From a phage, in sequence record PZ386970.1: a stretch of DNA of 64,000 nucleotides; one strand, 5' to 3'. The position numbers and the translations under genes are program-made. How positions within the stretch are numbered: position 1 is the stretch's first letter; each line of letters opens with the position of its first letter. Shown one piece after another: positions 57,887-64,000 of the stretch. Below the pieces are notes generated by a model, which saw only the letters and a list, made by a program, of their open reading frames with translations, ran no database searches and was not told the DNA's origin.

Positions 57887-59466
57887 GTAATAACAATACA
57901 TACCAACACGTTTCAAACGAATCCATTTACGTTGAATTCGACCCTACTGGGTCGAATTTTCCAGATACGGTCACTAATGTCCAAGCCGCATTAGCTGCTA
58001 TTTCTCCTTCAGGTGTTAATGGTGTACCGGAAGCAACAACTACTACACCAGGAATTATTCAAATAGCTACTCCACAAGAAGTTATTGATGGATTAGATAA
58101 TAGTAAAGCTGTTACTCCGGCCACACTGAATGCTCGTCTACAATATCCTAATGCAACCGAAACTCAATATGGCTTAACTCGTTATGCTACTGAAGATGAA
58201 GCAGTAACCGGAGCTATTGACGACGCATCAATTACTCCGCTTAAATTGAATCAAAAAATAGACAATGTATTTCAGACAAAAGTGTCAACAGAAGCAACAA
58301 ATGGTGTAATTAAAATTTCAACTTCTGCTGCGGCATTAGCTGGTTCTGACGATACAACGGCAATGACTCCGTTAAAAACGCAACAATTAGCAATTAAACT
58401 TATTTCACAAATTGCTCCAAATAATAGTGACGCCACCGAATCTATTACCGGTGTTGTTCGTTTGGCTACAGTTGCTCAAGCACAACAAGGCACCCTGCGT
58501 GAAGGCTATGCAATTTCACCTTATACCTTTATGAATTCAGTAGCATCAGAAACTAATAAAGGTGTCGTTAAACTAGGGACACAGACTGAAGTAAATAGTA
58601 ACAACTCTTCAGTTGTAGTGACCGGCGCAACATTAAACGGGCGCGGCGCTACAACTTCTTTACGTGGAGTTGTTCGTTTAACTACACAAGCTGGTAGCCA
58701 ATCAGGTGGTGATGGTTCTTCAGCCCTTGCTTGGAATGCTGATGTTATCCACCAACGAGGCGGACAAACTATTAATGGCACGCTTCGCATTAATAATACG
58801 TTGACTGTTGGTTCTGGTGGTGCTAATATAACTGGTAATGTCAATATGACTGGTGGTTATATTCAAGGCAATCGTATTGTGACTCAAAACGAATTAGACC
58901 GAATTCTTCCAGTTGGCGCTATTACAATGTGGGCTGCAAATAGTTTACCGAGTTCTGATTGGCGCTTCTGCCATGGTGGGACCGTTTCTGCTTCAGAATG
59001 TCCGGTATATGCTTCCAGAATTGGGACACGATATGGTGGTAGCTCTTCTAACCCGGGCTTGCCTGATATGCGTGGATTATTTGTTCGCGGCTCAGGTCGT
59101 GGTAACCATTTAACTAACCCTAATGTTAATGGTAATGACCAATTCGGTAAGCCTCGTCTGGCGGTAGGTTGTACTGGTGGATATGTTGGTGAAGTGCAAA
59201 AACAACAGATGTCGTATCATAAGCATGCTGGTGGTTTTGGCGAACATGATGATTCCGGTGCATTTGGTAATACTCGTCGTTCGAACTTTGTTGGTACTCG
59301 TAAAGGACTTGACTGGGATAACCGTTCATATTTTACTAATGATGGATATGAAATTGATCCAGCGTCTCAGCGTAACTCTAAATATACCATGAATCGTCCA
59401 GAATTAATTGGAAATGAAACTCGTCCATGGAATATTTCTTTAAACTATATCATTAAGGTAAAATAA
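57883..59466 (+). CDS. 12: short tail fibre protein gp12
   Basis: 527 aa, same length as T4 gp12; repeat-rich central region. Confidence 0.85.
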   Translation: MSNNNTYQHVSNESIYVEFDPTGSNFPDTVTNVQAALAAISPSGVNGVPEATTTTPGIIQIATPQEVIDGLDNSKAVTPATLNARLQYPNATETQYGLTRYATEDEAVTGAIDDASITPLKLNQKIDNVFQTKVSTEATNGVIKISTSAAALAGSDDTTAMTPLKTQQLAIKLISQIAPNNSDATESITGVVRLATVAQAQQGTLREGYAISPYTFMNSVASETNKGVVKLGTQTEVNSNNSSVVVTGATLNGRGATTSLRGVVRLTTQAGSQSGGDGSSALAWNADVIHQRGGQTINGTLRINNTLTVGSGGANITGNVNMTGGYIQGNRIVTQNELDRILPVGAITMWAANSLPSSDWRFCHGGTVSASECPVYASRIGTRYGGSSSNPGLPDMRGLFVRGSGRGNHLTNPNVNGNDQFGKPRLAVGCTGGYVGEVQKQQMSYHKHAGGFGEHDDSGAFGNTRRSNFVGTRKGLDWDNRSYFTNDGYEIDPASQRNSKYTMNRPELIGNETRPWNISLNYIIKVK

Positions 59467-60914
59467 TGGCTGATATAACTCTGGTAGATTTACCATATGT
59501 TGACGGCCCGCCAGATGCGGGTCAGAGTCGTATTGAATGGATTAAAAACGATGAAGAAATAACAGGTGCTGACACAAAATACGGTTCTGAAGGTGTAATG
59601 AACCGTCCTATTGTTGAAGTTCAACGTAACGTAGAAGCGTTAGATGTTAATATTAAAACTATAACATCTTCTTTGAATACGGCCAATAAAGATATTAAAG
59701 TTATTCAAGGTATTTTAGATGTTTCTGGGGATGTTGATGCTCTTGCACAGATAGGCCAGAACACCCAAGATATTGATGTCATTAAAGTCACAGTTCAAAC
59801 CCATGCTAGTGAATTGAATGATTTGAATGAACATATTGATGCGAATACTGATGATATTGGTGTTTATAATCAGGAAACAGATTCAGTTTATAGAACGGTT
59901 CGTAACGACCTGCTTTGGATTAAAAATGAATTAGGACAATATACTGGTCAAGATATTAATGGGGTTCCTACTCCAGGAAATGATAGCACTGGTATGAAAC
60001 GCCGTATTATGACTAATAGCTCCGTAATTGTTGACCACGGTGTTCGATTAACCGATTTAGAAACTAAATTTGCCGATTCCGATGTTGGCTCTTTAACTAT
60101 TGAAGTCGAACACTTGCGCGAAGAAATGGGACCTCGTACTTCTTTCACTACTCCAGTGTTTAGTCGTCTTTCCGGTATTGATTTAACTTTGTCGCGTCAA
60201 AATGCTGACTTGGATGGCATTAAACAGTCTATTGGGTATCCTAATACGACTTCTATTATTACTACCACTAATGCAAATAGTTCAGCAATAAATGACATTA
60301 ATCTTGAGCTCAATCAATCAGGCGGTATTAAACCTCGTTTGACTACGGTAGAAACTACCATTGGCGCTGATGATTTGCCTACTACAATCCAAGGTCGTAT
60401 TAAACTCAATACTGATGCTATCGGAGCATTGAACACCGTTGTCGGCTCTGATTCTTCGTCAGGATTGCGTTTTAATGTGTCATGGTTAAATAACGTAGTT
60501 GGTGTTGACGCTTCAGGTGGGAAACCGGAACCAGCCGGCTCTTTGCTTTATCGTACTCGAGAGCTTGAAGGAACTATCAGTGGGATGAGTAATGACATTC
60601 AGAACATTCAAACTGATGTTGGGACTAATACCACAGGAATTAAGGGTTCTGTAAACACATTAAATACTCTTATAAATGGCACCAACCCAAATGGTTCAAC
60701 TGTTGAAGAACGGGGTATATTGCCTACAGTTAAAAGTCATGATACGACAATTAATAGTTTAACTTCTAGAATTGCTACTCTTGAAACTGATTTGGCCGCT
60801 GCAGAAGCTGAAATCCAAACTCTTAAGGAAGCTGGATATATTGAAGATGCTCCTTCAGACGGTAAATTCTATGTTCGCAAAGATGGTGCATGGGTTGAAC
60901 TTCCTACAGCTTAA
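59466..60914 (+). CDS. wac: fibritin (whisker antigen control, wac)
   Basis: 482 aa coiled-coil protein ending in foldon GYIEDAPSDGKFYVRKDGAWVELPTA. Confidence 0.9.
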   Translation: MADITLVDLPYVDGPPDAGQSRIEWIKNDEEITGADTKYGSEGVMNRPIVEVQRNVEALDVNIKTITSSLNTANKDIKVIQGILDVSGDVDALAQIGQNTQDIDVIKVTVQTHASELNDLNEHIDANTDDIGVYNQETDSVYRTVRNDLLWIKNELGQYTGQDINGVPTPGNDSTGMKRRIMTNSSVIVDHGVRLTDLETKFADSDVGSLTIEVEHLREEMGPRTSFTTPVFSRLSGIDLTLSRQNADLDGIKQSIGYPNTTSIITTTNANSSAINDINLELNQSGGIKPRLTTVETTIGADDLPTTIQGRIKLNTDAIGALNTVVGSDSSSGLRFNVSWLNNVVGVDASGGKPEPAGSLLYRTRELEGTISGMSNDIQNIQTDVGTNTTGIKGSVNTLNTLINGTNPNGSTVEERGILPTVKSHDTTINSLTSRIATLETDLAAAEAEIQTLKEAGYIEDAPSDGKFYVRKDGAWVELPTA

Positions 60915-60916
60915 TG

Positions 60917-60935
60917 AAAAGGGCCTTCGGGCCCT
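60917..60935 (+). terminator. UUCG hairpin between wac and gene 13
   Basis: GGGCC-UUCG-GGCCC followed by UAAAGGAUUU; weak U-tract, so may be a stability element or attenuator. Confidence 0.35.
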
Positions 60936-60946
60936 AAAGGATTTAT

Positions 60947-61873
60947 ATGTCAGGTTATAATGCACAAAACCCTAAAGAATTAAAGGATGTAATATTACGT
61001 CGTTTAGGCGCTCCTATTGTAAATGTTGAATTAACTACAGACCAAATTTATGATTGTATTTCACGAGCGTTAGAACTTTATGGCGAATACCATTTTGACG
61101 GGTTGAATAAAGGTTTCCATGTATTTTTTGTTGATGACGAAGAAAAATACCGTCACGGCGTATTTGATATGCGTGGTTCTAATGTATTTGCTGTAACAAG
61201 AATTATAAGAACAAACGTTGGCTCTATTACTTCAATGGATGGTAATGCAACTTATCCATGGTTCACTGATTTCCTTTTAGGAATGGCCGGCGTTTCAGGT
61301 GGTATGGGTAGTAATTGTGGTAAATTCTACGGCCCGAACGCTTTTGGCGCTGATCTCGGGTACTATTCTCAATTAGTATCTTATATGGGTATGCTTCAAG
61401 ATATGATTGCTCCTCTTCCAGATTTTTGGTTTAACTCTGCAAACGAGCAATTAAAAGTAATGGGTAACTTTAGACAGAAAGATGTTATTATCGTTGAATC
61501 GTACGTTCGCTCTTATATCGAGACCCATAAGATGGTAGGAAATACAGTAGGGTACGGTCAGGTCGGTCCTCGTGATTCATGGTCTATTTCTGAACGTTAT
61601 GATAATCCAGACCATAATTTGGTCGGACGACGAGTCGGTGAAGATCCTGCAACTAAACAAGGCGCATATAACAACCGCTGGGTTAAAGATTATGCGACTG
61701 CATTAGCTAAAGAGCTTAATGGGCAAATTCTTGCTAAACATCAAGGTATGATGTTACCTGGTGGTGTCACTGTTGATGGTGTTCGATTAATTGAAGAAGC
61801 TCGTTTAGAGAAAGAAGCTTTACGAGAAGAGTTATATTTACTGGACCCTCCTGCAGGTATTTTGGTAGGTTAA
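60947..61873 (+). CDS. 13: neck protein gp13
   Basis: 308 aa; order and size as T4 gp13. Confidence 0.85.
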   Translation: MSGYNAQNPKELKDVILRRLGAPIVNVELTTDQIYDCISRALELYGEYHFDGLNKGFHVFFVDDEEKYRHGVFDMRGSNVFAVTRIIRTNVGSITSMDGNATYPWFTDFLLGMAGVSGGMGSNCGKFYGPNAFGADLGYYSQLVSYMGMLQDMIAPLPDFWFNSANEQLKVMGNFRQKDVIIVESYVRSYIETHKMVGNTVGYGQVGPRDSWSISERYDNPDHNLVGRRVGEDPATKQGAYNNRWVKDYATALAKELNGQILAKHQGMMLPGGVTVDGVRLIEEARLEKEALREELYLLDPPAGILVG

Positions 61874-61874
61874 T

Positions 61875-62639
61875 ATGGCTACTTATGATAAAAATCTTTT
61901 CGCCAAACTAGAAAATCGTGGTGGGTATTCTCAGACAAATGAGACTGAAATCCTCAATCAATTTGTCAATTTTAATAATTATGAGAATAGTCAGACATTA
62001 GCCGATGTTCTAGTGGCAGAAAGCATACAGATGCGCGGTATTGAGTGTTTTTATGTTCCACGTGAATATGTTGCCGTGGACCTTATCTTTGGTGAGGACC
62101 TTAAAAATAAATTTACTAAAGCATGGAAATTTGCAGCATATCTGAACTCATTTGAAGGTTATGAAGGAGCGAAATCGTTCTTCAGCAACTTCGGAATGCA
62201 AGTTCAAGACGAAGTTACATTATCTATTAACCCAGGTCTTTTCAAACACCAGGTCAACAATCAGGAGCCCAAGGAAGGTGATTTAATATACTTCCCAATG
62301 GACAACAGTTTGTTTGAGATTAACTGGGTTGAACCATATGACCCATTCTATCAAGTAGGTAAAAATGCGATTCGTAAAATTACTGCAGGCAAGTTTATTT
62401 ACTCTGGCGAAGAAATCAATCCGGTGCTTCAGAAAAATGAAGGTATCAATATACCTGAATTTAGTGACTTGGAACTTAACCCTGTTAGAAATCTTGACGG
62501 TATCCATGACATTAATATCGATGAATATTCTGAAGTTGAGCAAATCAATTCAGAGGCAAGTGAATACGTTGAGCCGTATGTAGTAGTTAACAACCGTGGT
62601 AGACAAAATTCACCATTTGACGATGGGTTTATGAATTAA
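61875..62639 (+). CDS. 14: neck protein gp14
   Basis: 254 aa; order and size as T4 gp14. Confidence 0.85.
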   Translation: MATYDKNLFAKLENRGGYSQTNETEILNQFVNFNNYENSQTLADVLVAESIQMRGIECFYVPREYVAVDLIFGEDLKNKFTKAWKFAAYLNSFEGYEGAKSFFSNFGMQVQDEVTLSINPGLFKHQVNNQEPKEGDLIYFPMDNSLFEINWVEPYDPFYQVGKNAIRKITAGKFIYSGEEINPVLQKNEGINIPEFSDLELNPVRNLDGIHDINIDEYSEVEQINSEASEYVEPYVVVNNRGRQNSPFDDGFMN

Positions 62640-62662
62640 TAAATAGATAAGATAAAGCAAAC

Positions 62663-62680
62663 ACCGGTCGAAAGGCCGGT
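62663..62680 (+). promoter_or_regulatory. GNRA-tetraloop hairpin in the 14/15 intergenic region
   Basis: ACCGGUC-GAAA-GGCCGGU (7 bp with one G-U) immediately upstream of the gene 15 ribosome-binding site. Confidence 0.35.
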
Positions 62681-62688
62681 TAGGAGAA

Positions 62689-63513
62689 ATGATGTTTGGC
62701 TATTTTTACAACTCGTCGTTCAGGCGATATATCACAATGATGGGCGATTTGTTTTCAAATATCCAAGTTAACCGTCAATTGTCTACAGGCAATAAATTAA
62801 TTAGGGTTCCTATTACGTATGCATCTAAAGAGCACTTTATGATGAAACTTAATAAATGGACCTCTATAAACTCACAAGAAGATGTGGCTAAAGTCGAAAC
62901 TATTCTACCACGTATAAATCTCCAAATGGTAGATTTCGTTTATAACCCAACGTTTAAAACGAATATATTGAATAACTCTCTTTTGAGTAAATCGACTAAG
63001 GATATTGTAGACCAATACAACCCATCACCAATTAAAATGATTTTTGAACTGAGCATCTTTACTCGTTATGAAGATGATATGTTCCAAATCGTTGAGCAAA
63101 TTATTCCATATTTTCAGCCGCATTTTAATACGACTATGATTGAGCAATATGGGCAGGATATTCCATTTGAAAGGGATATTAAAGTCGTATGGATGGCAGC
63201 AGCAATGGATGAACAAATAGACGGTGATAATTTATCTCGTCGACGTTTAGAGTGGTCATTAACATTTGAAGTAAATGGATGGATGTATCCTCCGGTAGGC
63301 GCAGCTGAAGGCCTTATTAAAACGACTTATCTTGATTTTCATGCTAATGAACGAGACCTTCAAACAGCCGCCAGTGTTTTTGAATCAGTTGATACAGAAA
63401 TTAAACCGAGAGACGTTGAAGCACAAGATTGGAATGGTGAAGTTGAACAAACTTATACTCATGATATTCCAATCCCGACTCCACCAACCCCTCCTGGTCC
63501 TAGAAAACAATAA
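62689..63513 (+). CDS. 15: tail sheath stabiliser / tail terminator gp15
   Basis: 274 aa; order and size as T4 gp15. Confidence 0.85.
   Translation: MMFGYFYNSSFRRYITMMGDLFSNIQVNRQLSTGNKLIRVPITYASKEHFMMKLNKWTSINSQEDVAKVETILPRINLQMVDFVYNPTFKTNILNNSLLSKSTKDIVDQYNPSPIKMIFELSIFTRYEDDMFQIVEQIIPYFQPHFNTTMIEQYGQDIPFERDIKVVWMAAAMDEQIDGDNLSRRRLEWSLTFEVNGWMYPPVGAAEGLIKTTYLDFHANERDLQTAASVFESVDTEIKPRDVEAQDWNGEVEQTYTHDIPIPTPPTPPGPRKQ

Positions 63514-64000
<487 letters not shown>

Overview
This window reads as a contiguous segment of a T4-like (Tevenvirinae-type) myovirus genome; identifications rest on motifs visible in the translations and on gene order recalled from T4, since no database search was possible. 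Positions 1-45.2 kb are a dense minus-strand array of early/middle genes in T4 order: sliding clamp gp45, gp46/gp47 recombination nuclease, late sigma gp55, nrdH/nrdG, nrdD split by a group I intron carrying a GIY-YIG homing endonuclease, endonuclease VII, nrdC, rI, tk, regB, the vs.x genes, internal-protein genes, denV, lysozyme e, nudE, two tRNAs, ipI, 57B (Acb1), 57A, dNMP kinase, gp3, gp2, gp4. Positions 45.2-64 kb are the plus-strand late baseplate/neck operon: gp53, gp5, 5.1, 5.4, gp6-gp12, fibritin, gp13, gp14, gp15 and the start of gp16. The phage is not T4 itself: the a-gt position between 47 and 55 holds a free-standing GIY-YIG endonuclease gene instead. The early region is organised as cassettes bounded by a repeated early-promoter/stem-loop element (about 20 copies) and GC-hairpin terminators. 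The most interesting unexplained content sits in the accessory stretches: two paralogous families of small proteins defined by conserved C-terminal motifs (FIKECR tail; GWVxSSxxC tail), six genes with capsid-targeting N-termini, a nucleotidyltransferase-fold protein next to a P-loop ATPase and two coiled-coil proteins, a macro-domain protein, and a GrcA-like glycyl-radical protein. Many ORF-track starts are over-extended; I moved starts where a promoter, ribosome-binding site or T4 homology indicated the real one.
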